From: Strigamia acuminata
Taxonomy: Eukaryota
Assembly: GCA_949358305.1 (NCBI GenBank)
Contig: OX442314.1
Location: forward strand, 372,001-436,000
Length of the DNA stretch: 64,000 bases
Direction: 5' to 3'
The translations under genes and the position numbers were made by a program. This document shows, in pieces, positions 1 through 11,808 of this stretch. Each line of letters opens with the position of its first letter. The first letter of the stretch is position 1. The notes beneath the pieces are model-generated. The model ran no database searches, was not told where the DNA came from, and saw only the letters and a program-made list of their open reading frames with translations.

Positions 1-640
1 CACTTAATGATTTCAATGCTCCAAATTTTTAACTTAAAAGCGACTTTTTAAGAGTATTTTAGTTTTTTCACCCCGTAAGATGCAATACCGTTAAAACGGT
101 GTAAACTTGAGCACAAAATTGATATTGGAAAACTACATACTGTACAAGCATTCAAGAAAATATAATGAAAATTAATTCCTCCTGGGTTCAGTGTGTATAT
201 TTGTCTACAAGATTGTAGGCTTTAGGATTGTGTTGGTCTTTTTCAAGGTCAACATTTTCTAATTTTGCAACCACTAAAGACAAAAAAAATATTATAAAAT
301 TTTTAATTTTTTCTATCATATAAAAATTAATTTCAAGGTTATCTTAATCATCACTGTCCAATCATATACTGAGATCATTTCAGTTTCAAGGTTAGGCTAC
401 AGATATGTAATGATATGTAATGATATGTAATGATAATACAATTCATCCAGAATTTCCATTGTGAATAAGAAATTTATTGTTTCAATGTGCTGAAGAAAGA
501 TAAAATTGTTCTAAGTACACGTGTTATTGGCCTAGCAAATATATTGTATATATATATATGGTACTGCACATTTTGTGGAATACATAACGTTTGCTATACA
601 ATTGTTTTTCTTTCTTCGCTGTTGTTTATCATATTTCAGA

Positions 641-2214
641 ATGTTGAACTTGAATTTTCATTTTCTTCTTGTCTTAACTGTTTTTACATTCACCACAACT
701 ATTGCTGAAGAGCAGGTAAGTTTTACTTTCATACATACCTGTAAATTGTAATTACATACCACTGTATTTCTTATTTGTTTTAAGATTTGTAATGTAGAAG
801 ATAAGACCGTCGACGTATTATGCAAAATTGTGGACAATAAAATAACTCAAGACAATGGCAAAGTATATTTCAAACTAAAATGTCTAATTAAACTGTAAAT
901 TTTCTTCCGTCTGTTAATCAGTTAATTATCCTACCAGAATGGAACTGTGGTGTATTTGCACCACAAGGAATTGGTATTCGATTTAAACACCCCCAATCTT
1001 TGACTCATTTTACCCCCAATAATGATTATACTTTTCCCCACTCATAATCCCCCCCAATTAAAGTATGTTTCCCCCTAATTCTCTGAGTTTACCGATTAAG
1101 TTGTCGATTGATAGTCTTTCCTGCAATGTCTCATGTGTTTTTATTATGTTGTTATGGGTACGTTGGTGGTAGGCTGGATAATAATTGGGGGTAAACCTGT
1201 TGGGGGGTAACAAATTTATTAGGGTGAACAATATTTAAGGGAGTAACATACTTTAATTAGAGGGGGGGGTTTGAATGGGGGAAATTAAAATCATTTTGGG
1301 GGGGGGGGTTAATGAGTCAAAAAAGGGGAGAAAATAATTTGTCACCAAGGAATCGTGCAGGTTTAAGCACATTAGGAAGTTACATTGTATTGGTAACAAT
1401 ATAATGTATAAAGCATCATGCAGCTTCCATATTTTCCCCTAGCAACGGTTGGCCAGGTAATGAACAATAAAGGATTTTCACTTCTGTTAGTGAAGTGAAA
1501 GAAGTATAAGGTTTAGGGCACAAACCTGGGCTTGTTATTTTGCATCCGGACAAGAAAGATACAAAAGGAACACACTTATTAATTCATAAAATGATTAAAA
1601 CTACTGCACTTTTTGCAGATGAGCAAATATGTCTGTGGATGTTCAACCGCCTTCCTGAAAGGAAATGTAATTAACAGAAAAAAGTCTTGTCCAAACATTT
1701 CTTGCAAACTTCATTTTTAATTTTAATTCAGATTATCTATTGTGATGCAAAAGATTACGATTTTTCGCCTGCACCGACGTGTGCAAAACTATTTAAATCC
1801 GTAAGTTCAACTATCTTTAATTGAACGATTTCTCTTGAGCAACAATTTTGGCATTCAATTAGAAAGAGTTTGAGGAAGCGGTGAGCAGCCACAACTCAGT
1901 TTTCTACAATTTCTTTGTGGATGTTCTATTCAAAAAGGTGTTTAAAGTTTGCGATGAAGAAAATGAAGACAAGATAATAACAGCTGCAAGAGCATTTATT
2001 GAACCAGGAACAATTTCAAAAGTCATAGGTAGTAAATGCCGCATGTTTATTCTAATCTAAGTTATTATGTAGTTACTAGTTTATTTATTTATTTATTTAT
2101 TTATTTTTTATCTCAGAGGGCACGGTAGAAAAGTCTTTTGCACCTAAAAAAGCAGAGTTGTTTGTGAACTGTTACAAGCAACTTGTGCAGTTGGCTGCGG
2201 AGTCCAAAAATTAA
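641..2214 (+). CDS. Small secreted Cys-containing protein, ~177 aa, 6 coding exons (641-715, 785-862, 1619-1666, 1732-1800, 1863-2028, 2117-2214); unknown family
   Basis: Manual splicing at GT-AG junctions gives one continuous frame: MLNLNFHFLLVLTVFTFTTTIAEEQ/ICNVEDKTVDVLCKIV.../MSKYVCGCSTAF.../IIYCDAKD...TCAKLFKS/KEFEEAV...KVCDEE.../EGTVEK...NCYKQLVQLAAESKN*. Hydrophobic N-terminus, 8 Cys, AATAAA at 2262. Confidence 0.8.
972..1347. mobile_element. Degenerate foldback/MITE in intron 2 of the small secreted gene
   Basis: Termini TGGT...ACCA; C-run arm (ttgactcatt...attaaagtatgtt) mirrored by G-run arm (aacatactttaatt...aatgagtcaa); flanking 6-bp direct repeat AGGAAT (966-971, 1348-1353). Confidence 0.6.
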
Positions 2215-2434
2215 ATTTTGTTCGATTAAAATGCTTGATATTTTAGCTTTGTGCATGCAGAAATAAAATCAAGAATAGATTGTGTGACAAAGCCTTTTTA
2301 CTTTCTTTCACAATTTTAAAGTTACTTCCGGTATACAGTATCTCCCGCAAGGGGGCAAAGATGGGGGCAAGAAGACAGAAGCAAAACTACACGTGACTGC
2401 CTCGATTTCCACCAGCTGAACAGCGACATCTTGC

Positions 2435-3305
2435 TGTTGCGAGCAGTCGCAACAATGGACGGGAAAATTATCCCGCTTCTGCTTAAAGAAAATATTGAAT
2501 TAATTTTCAGATGTTTGATTTCACCTGGTCAAGTGATTCCAGGGGGTGTTGAAGTTATTTTTCCGTTTCATGTTGATTAGAGGATTTTTTGGGGAAATTT
2601 ATGTTTACAGAGACCTTGCGTGCCTACTGAATTTTGTGTGATTAAGATAGAATTTATTCATTGCATGGTTGATATTATTAAATAAAGTGTTCTTATGTTA
2701 TCAAGGAGGTTTTGAGTCATATTTGATGTTAAGATATTATGTTCTCTTTGTAAAACTCATGTAATTTTGGATGTTAACCCTAATTTGAGGAAAAAGGTTT
2801 ATTTTGAAACAATGAAATGTGTTGTGTTCTATTTGGAAATTTGAGGATAAAAATAGATCCATGTGGCTTGCTGTCTGATGCAATATTATTGTTGAAATTA
2901 CTTGTTCTTTTTATCTCTATGTATTGATATGTGACTTTAGCATTAGTTACAATTGTTGTTCTCATGCAATGTTATTGTCAGAAAGTTTTCTTTATTCTGT
3001 GTTCATGACTTTATATTCAGTTCTTTCACTAAGTTTGTGCAATAAACACGTATGTTTTGCTACTCAGTTTTGCTTAATTACCAACATGCGGTTTAGTGAG
3101 TAGTAAGCGGACTCAGTCTTTAAAGCCAGATGCCTTCTTCCAGCGCTTGTGCCAACGACGGACTGCTTGATGCAAGATTTAAATTAATCTTGTGCTGTTG
3201 AGAATGACCCGGATTTCAACCACTATACGACCACAAGGTTTGGAACTGAATTTACTTTATTTCCTGTGGCTCTCATCGGGGACGACCGCTCCGGTGCTAG
3301 CTACA
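2435..3305 (+). repeat. 5' LTR of BEL/Pao element
   Basis: tgttgcgagc...ctagctaca; direct repeat of 6193-7063 (offset 3758); no differences noticed by eye. Confidence 0.95.
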
Positions 3306-3309
3306 TTTG

Positions 3310-3327
3310 TGGTGCCGTGACCAGGAT
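3310..3327 (+). promoter_or_regulatory. Primer-binding site, tRNA-His-like
   Basis: TGGTGCCGTGACCAGGAT 4 nt after the LTR, complementary to the eukaryotic tRNA-His 3' end (...GTCACGGCACCA). Confidence 0.8.
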
Positions 3328-3902
3328 TTTGAGGCGAATTTCAACAGGATTGTTTACGTCGTCTACAATCAACATTACACACGTTCAAGGTCAGCTATTA
3401 CTTTTGATTTGTCGGCTACTGAAAGGATGCAGCCAAAGATGTGACTACGTGTTCAGTGCTTCAAGATTCATCGGTCTACTTCAAACACAACGCAGCCGTG
3501 TCATTCGATTTCATCAGGCAAGTCACCAATTCGAAGAAATATTGTATGTCAAGTGTTTTTTTATTACCAATGTTTCTTATTTCATTTTGTCGGGTTGTGC
3601 AAGTGTCTGGTAGTTGGTAGGGGTTTTAAGGATGAGATGCGATTTTTATTTCAATTTGATAGAATACAATTCGTTTTTTCTTTGTTGGGAAATAAGACAA
3701 GTCAGGTCAGGATATCTAATACAATTTCTTGTAGGTGTTTGGTTGAATAGAAACTATTATACTTTTGCTCATTATTACAGTTGAGAACTCGATTCGGTTA
3801 ATCATTTCAAGGATTATTAGTTAGGGGTATAAAGTTTGCAATTGCGTTTTTTATTCAAGTCGAAACTAAGTATCGCGATTTTTTTGGTTGTTCATCACTT
3901 AT

Positions 3903-4949
3903 ATGACAATGTCCGTCCCGATTGGTCAAACGCAAGGCGTAAAGCCAACTGATGAACAGATTGAAGAATGGAACATGCTTTGGATAAACAGAGCTGAAAC
4001 TATTGAAGAGTTGACACAACGAGCCGCCACATTAGCGGAAGTTGGGGAGCTCGAAGCTATTCAAGAGTCAATCGAAGAATTATCTGCACGATTGATTGAT
4101 GATTTGACTGCAATACAGAGATATTTAAGTCGGAAAACATACATTAATCATGTGTTGCGTCAGGACAAGATACATAGCAGAGCAGATTACTTGAAGAAAA
4201 GATTGGAAGTCGCCAGAAGGAATCCCGTTTCGTTTAGTCCCGGAGCAAACGTCAGTATTTCTTCGAGTTCCGGAGGTCTCACGGGTTCTGGAAAAAAGAG
4301 TAACACAAAACTTCCGAAGCTTGAGGCAGCGAAATATGATGGCAGTCCTCTTCATTTCAACAGTTATTTGGACATGTTTGAAAGGTCAGTGGATGAAAAC
4401 GAAGATCTTTCCGATATCGAGAAACTGCAGTATCTGAAAGCTACATGTACCGGGGAGGCTGCTAAGGTCATCGAATCGTTTCGACTCACAAAGGACTCGT
4501 ATCCGCTTGCACTTGAAGCCTTGAAATCTCGTTTTGGCTCAGAATCCATACAAAAGAAGGCAATATTTAAAACATTAAGGGAGACAAAAGCAGTCAAAGA
4601 AATGTATCCGGTGGAGCCCGTTAAAGCCTTGTTAACTACTGTTACATCCTCGCTCCAATCTCTAGAGCAACTTCATGTACCTATACGGACTGCGGGTTTT
4701 TTCCTTTTACCGGAATTATTAAAGAAGTTTCCGTCTCGGTTTGCTGAAAGATTCCATAGAACTCATCCGGGGGAAGAGGATCACGTGTTCAAATTTGTTG
4801 ACTTTGTTGCCAGCGAATTGAAAATTGCTGATTTATCGGAGGAAGCAGTGATGTCACAAAGAGTTACAATTAAGAAGTCTGAAGATTACGGATCCAAAGA
4901 AAAGGAAAAGACCAAAGGTAGCATGGTCACTTGTGTTGGAACACAATAA
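3903..4949 (+). CDS. gag: BEL/Pao Gag, N-terminal/capsid part (DUF1759-like)
   Basis: KLPKLEAAKYDGSPLHFNSYLDMFERSVDENEDLSDIEKLQYLK...GEAAKVI...LKSRFG is the typical BEL gag signature; ends at a single in-frame TAA. Confidence 0.85.
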   Translation: MTMSVPIGQTQGVKPTDEQIEEWNMLWINRAETIEELTQRAATLAEVGELEAIQESIEELSARLIDDLTAIQRYLSRKTYINHVLRQDKIHSRADYLKKRLEVARRNPVSFSPGANVSISSSSGGLTGSGKKSNTKLPKLEAAKYDGSPLHFNSYLDMFERSVDENEDLSDIEKLQYLKATCTGEAAKVIESFRLTKDSYPLALEALKSRFGSESIQKKAIFKTLRETKAVKEMYPVEPVKALLTTVTSSLQSLEQLHVPIRTAGFFLLPELLKKFPSRFAERFHRTHPGEEDHVFKFVDFVASELKIADLSEEAVMSQRVTIKKSEDYGSKEKEKTKGSMVTCVGTQ

Positions 4950-6338
4950 ATAACAGATTCAGAAGAGAAAACAAGTTCCAAAGGTGATAGTTATGAAAAT
5001 TCGAAGGGTGTGAAATGTGTGTTTTGTTCAGAATTCCATTACAATGCTAGTTGTAAGAAAGTTTTTGATCCTGCTGAGAAACTTGATTTAGTGAAAACAA
5101 ACAGGCTTTGCTTTAATTGCTTACGTCCAGGTCATAGTGTTAGGAATTGCCGAGTGAGGTTTAGCTGCAAAAATTGCGGTGGTCGTCATCATTCCACTAT
5201 TTGTACGAAAAACTCAGGGAATGTTGAGGAGTCCACTCCTAGTGTTGTCGAAGAAGAGACTGTGGTTAACAATATTTCGATCAGTGGGACCGATTCCTTT
5301 CAATTAATGATTTTCACAGCTAATCTGATGGTGAAAAATAGAGATCCAGTTCTAGTTCGGGGAATAATTGATCCAGGTAGTCATCGTTCGTTTATTACAA
5401 AGGATTTGGCTGACCAATTGAAGTTGCAAAAATCTCGTACGGTTCACACCATGATGCAACGGATGGATGATGAGCTACCAATTCCCAATTCGCATGAAGA
5501 ATTTCACATTGAACTCCAGTCTAGATTCGATTCCAAGAAAGTTGAGGTTGATGTTTTGAAAGCGAAAACTCTTCCAAAAATCTCAGGTCTGCATGACAAA
5601 AACATGTTGAATAAGATTACTCAGATGAATTTACAAATGGCTGAATTGAATCCATCTCAAACTTGTAAAATTGATATTTTGCTAGGAGGTGATTGTTGGT
5701 GGATGGTTTTACTCTCAGGCCAAAAAAGAATTAGTAAAAGATTTGGTCTAACTGAAACAATTTTCGGATGGGTTGTCAACAGGAAATTTGGTTCAGAAGA
5801 TTCTGAATTTGTAGAAAATATTATCTCTTGTTTGTCCGTTGATTTGTTCGAGAATAAGTGTGCTGAGATATTACCCATTGAGAATGAAAATGATTCTAAT
5901 TTAAATGCTGATTTAATTCCGGAAGAAGATCCAACTGAAGAATTTTTTGATGCATTGTCGACCCTTGATGAGTCAGAACCAATTCAATCGAATTCTGTTG
6001 TCAATTATCAAACTGCTGTAGATCCTGAGGTGATTCCAATGTCGACAAAGACAGAAATTGTTAGGGAATGCACATGCCAATGTAGTCAGGTGGATAACTC
6101 AAAACGGTTTGGTTCAATTCTAATAAGATTAATGGTTTATTTGATTTCCTGTTGTTGTTTGAGTTGTCTTCTTTTTCTCCCGCGCCCAGCTATGTTGCGA
6201 GCAGTCGCAACAATGGACGGGAAAATTATCCCGCTTCTGCTTAAAGAAAATATTGAATTAATTTTCAGATGTTTGATTTCACCTGGTCAAGTGATTCCAG
6301 GGGGTGTTGAAGTTATTTTTCCGTTTCATGTTGATTAG
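4950..6338 (+). CDS. In-frame continuation of BEL polyprotein: zinc knuckles, aspartic protease, atypical acidic + hydrophobic tail running into the 3' LTR
   Basis: CVFCSEFHYNASC, CFNCLRPGHSVRNC, CKNCGGRHHSTIC; IIDPGSHRSFIT; IDILLGGD; ETIFGWVV. Same frame as gag with no stop between 4950 and 5010. Confidence 0.8.
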   Translation: MTDSEEKTSSKGDSYENSKGVKCVFCSEFHYNASCKKVFDPAEKLDLVKTNRLCFNCLRPGHSVRNCRVRFSCKNCGGRHHSTICTKNSGNVEESTPSVVEEETVVNNISISGTDSFQLMIFTANLMVKNRDPVLVRGIIDPGSHRSFITKDLADQLKLQKSRTVHTMMQRMDDELPIPNSHEEFHIELQSRFDSKKVEVDVLKAKTLPKISGLHDKNMLNKITQMNLQMAELNPSQTCKIDILLGGDCWWMVLLSGQKRISKRFGLTETIFGWVVNRKFGSEDSEFVENIISCLSVDLFENKCAEILPIENENDSNLNADLIPEEDPTEEFFDALSTLDESEPIQSNSVVNYQTAVDPEVIPMSTKTEIVRECTCQCSQVDNSKRFGSILIRLMVYLISCCCLSCLLFLPRPAMLRAVATMDGKIIPLLLKENIELIFRCLISPGQVIPGGVEVIFPFHVD

Positions 6339-7063
6339 AGGATTTTTTGGGGAAATTTATGTTTACAGAGACCTTGCGTGCCTACTGAATTTTGTGTGAT
6401 TAAGATAGAATTTATTCATTGCATGGTTGATATTATTAAATAAAGTGTTCTTATGTTATCAAGGAGGTTTTGAGTCATATTTGATGTTAAGATATTATGT
6501 TCTCTTTGTAAAACTCATGTAATTTTGGATGTTAACCCTAATTTGAGGAAAAAGGTTTATTTTGAAACAATGAAATGTGTTGTGTTCTATTTGGAAATTT
6601 GAGGATAAAAATAGATCCATGTGGCTTGCTGTCTGATGCAATATTATTGTTGAAATTACTTGTTCTTTTTATCTCTATGTATTGATATGTGACTTTAGCA
6701 TTAGTTACAATTGTTGTTCTCATGCAATGTTATTGTCAGAAAGTTTTCTTTATTCTGTGTTCATGACTTTATATTCAGTTCTTTCACTAAGTTTGTGCAA
6801 TAAACACGTATGTTTTGCTACTCAGTTTTGCTTAATTACCAACATGCGGTTTAGTGAGTAGTAAGCGGACTCAGTCTTTAAAGCCAGATGCCTTCTTCCA
6901 GCGCTTGTGCCAACGACGGACTGCTTGATGCAAGATTTAAATTAATCTTGTGCTGTTGAGAATGACCCGGATTTCAACCACTATACGACCACAAGGTTTG
7001 GAACTGAATTTACTTTATTTCCTGTGGCTCTCATCGGGGACGACCGCTCCGGTGCTAGCTACA
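6193..7063 (+). repeat. 3' LTR of BEL/Pao element
   Basis: Direct repeat of 2435-3305, followed by TSD TCTTGC. Confidence 0.95.
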
Positions 7064-7260
7064 TCTTGCGATATTATTTATAAACTATAGGCACACTAAA
7101 CAAGACGGGGGACTGATCGTGGGTCATCTGGCAGAAAATAAATAAAAATTTACTATTTACTGACACAAAAAATCGTCTTTTTTACCGCATCTGCGACAAT
7201 AAACAAATTAAGATGTATCTTTTCTAAAAATTTGAAGTTCTTTTGAAATTTTCAGAAACT

Positions 7261-7430
7261 TTTAGGTCATAAAACTCACTATTAGGTCCAAAAATCTCAC
7301 TTTTAGACCAAAAAACTCACTTTTAGACCAAAAAACTCACTTTTAGACCAAAAAAGTAACTTTTAGACCAAAAAACCCACTTTTAGACTAAAAAACTCAC
7401 TTTCAGACCAAAAAACTCTCTTTTAGGACA
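7261..7430. repeat. 20-bp minisatellite (ttttagaccaaaaaactcac), ~8 units
   Basis: Directly visible tandem array. Confidence 0.9.
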
Positions 7431-7824
7431 AACCATTACCGCCAACCCCATTACCGCCAAACCATTACTGCCGATGCATTACAGCCAAGCCAATGCAAGG
7501 GGCGCCAATGGTAACAACAGCCAATGACTGCCAAATGGCCGAAAGTGACTGCAATTGGTCGAAAATGTTCCAAAAAAGACCGAAAATGACAAAGACATTG
7601 CTGAAAACGGTCAAAAATGACAAATACTTTGCTGAAAACGACCGAAAATGTTGCAAAAGTAACGAAAACCTTACGCAAAATAACTGAAACAACCTAAAAC
7701 CTACGGAAAACGTCTGAAAAAACGTCTGCATTGATTGAAAGTGAGAGAGTGTTTGTAATCGCATTTCATTTGTAATCGCATTTCGTTTGTAATTGCGTTC
7801 TCCTTTGTAAAATGTTTATCCTTT

Positions 7825-8061
7825 TTTACCATCTTTGCCCTGGAGATGGGAAATAAAACACAGGAAACCAGTTGGGCCAAAACTTCATCCTCCACTCTTC
7901 TAAACAGAGTAGATTTATTTGTCAGTAACCTGACCAACTGTCACTAGAGGGAAAAAGATGAAAGCTACATGCTGCTTTGTACATTGTATTATTGACAATA
8001 CAATGTACTAATTCAATGCACTAAAGCCTGCATAAATTCCTTGTGGTGTTAATACACCACA
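7825..8061 (-). repeat. 3' LTR of gypsy element
   Basis: Apparently identical to 13539-13775; preceded on the minus strand by PPT AAGAGAGAGGGGGAGCAC (8062-8079). Confidence 0.93.
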
Positions 8062-8261
8062 GTGCTCCCCCTCTCTCTTGATCTGGACCGAGAGAGATCG
8101 CACATTCTTTCAAAATTAGCACGTGCAGCTTTCAGCTACAAAAACCCCTAGTTAGGTCTGGTCTACATCGAAATTCTGATATACATTTGCTCGCGATTTT
8201 GAAATCCAAAAGAAGCTTAAAACTTAAACGACTTAAGCTTAAACGACTTGAGCTTGACTTG

Positions 8262-11200
8262 CTAGCGCGGTCCTCCAGCCGAATGCGAACGCAACACCAT
8301 GTCATCCGCCCGATTCCCAAGGTTTCTATCTATGTAGTCTAAACTCCGACGCGATGGTTGGTAATCCGGGTCTTTCGGATCCTGAATTTCCTCTTCCGCG
8401 TCATCATACTCTTCCTCCGAATCGGTGGATCTTGTGTCAGGTTGCATCTGTTCATCTGTCGGTTGCACCGCTGGAGGGGCAGTGACTCCATTGGCTGCTT
8501 GTTGCAATCTCCTTTGATGGAACAAGTCAAACTGAGCCCTCGTGCGTGGTGTCACATCGAATGGGGGCGGCGCAAGCATCCTTCGGACCGGTGCAGTCCT
8601 GTCCTTCATTGTCCTTGGGACCACCCGAGGGGTCTTCTGCACCTCGGTCCTTGCCAAGCCACTTGGACCTGGGGTCGGCTGCACTTCTGGCAAAACCACA
8701 TTTGCACCTGTGTTTGCCGGTCCCGCAACGGGAACTGGTTCCATAACAGGAACTGGAACCGTCCTCGTCACGATCACTGTGTGCTGCCTTCCCGACTTCC
8801 TTGGCCTGGGTTCCTCAGGCATCGGATTCCATGGTACATTAGGTACGATCGTGTCTTGGGTTTCCCTGGGTGCAATCACCTGCTCCCCAGCCTGTGGATA
8901 CCGCGGTCTCAACTGATTAATGTGGCGGTCGTTAACCTCTTGGGTGTCCATACGCTGGGTCTCATACACGACATCCCCCTTCCTAGTCTTCACTATTGCC
9001 GGAATCCATGTCGCGTCTCCCTTCCTGTATGAACGAGCCCACACTTCCTGTCCCGGGGCTAATATCCTCTTAGGTGGCCGCCGGTCCTCTTGAGCCGCTC
9101 CCACAGTTGGTTTCAGTGTGTCCAGATGGGTCTTAAAATGCCCTTGCAACATCAGCGCAGCTGGGGACTTTCCATCCGCTCCCGGTGTACTGTGCTGGTA
9201 AAATAGGAACTTATCCAATTGCTCCTGGATATTGACCATTCCCATCTTGACCAGTTTCCCTTTAAAGGTCTGTACCGCTCTCTCCGCTCGTCCATTGGAC
9301 TGAGGGTGGAATGCAGGTGAGAACAGGTGTAGTAAACCGTTCCGCCGGATAAATCCCTTAAATTCCTCGCTGGTGAAAGTCGTGGCATTGTCTGAAACAA
9401 TTGTGTCAGGCAGACCAAAATCTGCACACTTCCTTTTAATCACAGCGATTGCAGCTGCCGATGACGTGCTTGGTACCAAGTCAACGTGCATCCAACCGGT
9501 CAAAGAGTCCACTAAAATGAGGAACATCTTGCCCTTGACCGGTCCGGCAAAATCAATATGGATCCTGCTCCAAGGTCTAGCAGGTCTTGGCCAACTAACG
9601 GGATTGTCACGTGGTGGTGCGTGCTGGTGTTGTTGACACACAACACATTGTGCCACGTATTGTTCAATCGCCATTGTTATCCCCGGCCACCATATTGTTG
9701 CTGCCGCCTTATTCTTCATCATGACTATCCCATGATGACCTTCGTGAAGCAAATCCATGGCCTTCTTGCGCAGACTAGGTGGTATTATCACCCTATGTCC
9801 CCATAGCAGTATGTCATGATGGACTGACAATTCTGTCTTGCGCGACTTAAATGGCTGTAATGATGCCTTGACCTTATCCGGCCATCCATTCCTCACGTAT
9901 TGCATTACGTGATGGAGGTCATCATCCAGTAATGTGGCCATTTCCAATTGCTCACGAGTAATTATCGAGTCTTCGACTAAGAAGCGCACATGCTGCTCTT
10001 CCTCCAGTTCTTGTTCCCATTGCTCTGTGATCTTAGTGGCTGGCAGTGGCAATCTACTCAACGCATCAGCCACTGGAATGTCCAGACCTGGTCTGTGCTC
10101 TATTGAGTAGTTATAGCCTGCCAAGATAATTGTCCACCTTAGCATCCTAGGGCTAATAATATTCGGTGTAGGATTGGTCACTCCGAATATTCCGAGCAAT
10201 GGCTTGTGGTCAGTCACAATCCTGAACTTTCTCCCACATAAGAACTGGTGGAACTTCTGCACCGCATAGATGATTGCCAATGCTTCTCGGTCAGTCTGAC
10301 TGTAGCGTCTCTGAGTTGGCGAGTGACTTGGACACATACAAGACTGGCCGCTTCTCCCCGTTGTCCAACACGTGGTTTAACACTGCCCCCACTCCCACTG
10401 GGCTGGCGTCGACAACCAGAACCAGTGGATGATGGAGTGAGTAGTGCACTAGGAGGCTCTCACTAGTAATCATCTCTTTGATGGTATTGAAGGCGGTGGC
10501 TCTTCTCTGCGTCCACTCCCAGGATGCGTTCCCCTGCAATAACTCTCGCAGTGGCTCTGCAACCTCCGCAAAATGCGGTAGAAATTGCAGATAGAATTGG
10601 ACCATCCCTAGAAATGAGCGCAGTTCTTGCAAGTTGTTGGGTGCTGGCATCTTCTTAATCGCCGCGACGTTGTCTCCAGATGGTCGAATTCCTCTACTGT
10701 CCACTTGAAATCCCAGATATGCGACCTGCGTCCTGAAAAACTCGCATTTCCGTCTTACTAAACGCAGATTCGCTTTTCTGAGTCTTCTCAGGACTTCCCT
10801 GACCACCTTCACATGTTCTTCGTATGTGTCCGTCGCAATCAAAATGTCATCCTGATATGGTGAGACGTCATCCAGGTCAGCAAACATTGTATCCATAATC
10901 CTTTGGAATACTCCGCTGCTTGATATAGTACCAAAAGGTAATCTCTTAACTGCATAGAGTCCTTTATGAGTGTTGATTGCAGCTATAAATGAACTCGCCT
11001 GAGTGAGCAATACCTGTTGGTACGCCTGTCTGATGTCAAGCTTGGTAAAATACTTCTTTCCTCCAAGCTTAGCCATAATATCAGAAACTCTAGGCAGTGG
11101 GTATGGATCCGGTAAGATAGCTGGGTTCACAGTTGACCGGTAGTCTCCGCATAACCGCACTGTACCGTCCTTCTTGTCAACTATGACCAGCGGGGTTGCC

Positions 11201-11808
11201 CAATCCGAAAATGCGATTGGTTGGTAAATTCCATCCGCAACTCCCTTTTCCAGTTCCTTTTCCACTGCCGTACGCAAGGCTACAGGTACAGGCCTCGCAC
11301 GAAAGAAGCGCGGCTTCACACCTTCTTTGAGGTAAAGTTGTACAGGGGGACCTGTATATACACCCAAAGAGGCCTCAAAAACATCCTTGTACTCCTGAAG
11401 TAACAGTCTCAATACAGTGTCCTCCTCTTCCAACTCCGCAATTAAGTCTTGTGGGGTCCTTGACCCATTGATCCCGTGGTGCATCCCTTGTTGTCTCTCC
11501 AGCCTGTTGATCAGGAAAGTTTTCACAGAACGAGATTGCCTCGTGGCTTCCCTGCCCAGCAGTATTGTGGCCTGACCAGCAGTGACCAAGAACCGCAACT
11601 TCACTTCTTCATCTCCTACCCTAACCGGCAGGTAGATCTCCCCAAGTGCGGGTCTCCTTTCGCCAAAATAACCAATCAACATAATGTTGGTCGGTTGTAC
11701 AGGCCATGTCACGTTGCTTAAGGTCATCCACTTCATCAAAGTATCTCTGGAGATCAACGAGTATCTTGAACCAGTGTCCACTGTTGCTACCACGGGGATC
11801 TTGCCAAG
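8262..11808 (-). pseudogene. pol: Gypsy pol (protease, RT, RNase H, integrase, long C-terminal tail) with a frameshift in RNase H at ~10310
   Basis: VDTGS protease; RLCGDYR, LPFG and YQDD in RT; VDASPVGVGAVL, YSQTDREALA, TDHKPL, VADALSR in RNase H; HEGHHG...CVVC, IHIDFAGP, SDNAT, SNGRAER in integrase. Confidence 0.92.

Larger units (their letters stand above)
2435..7063 (+). mobile_element. BEL/Pao LTR retrotransposon, non-autonomous (gag + protease only)
   Basis: Two 871-bp TG...CA LTRs, 6-bp TSD TCTTGC (2429-2434, 7064-7069), PBS, BEL-type gag with triple Cys/His knuckles and a DPGS protease; no RT, RNase H or integrase. Confidence 0.93.

Noticed and set aside
2780..2965. Duplicated 61-aa ORF (also 6538-6723)
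   Set aside because: Identical only because it lies in the two LTRs.
7430..7740. Short ORFs over degenerate GCCAA/GAAAA repeats
   Set aside because: Low-complexity repeat-derived sequence with no coding signature.
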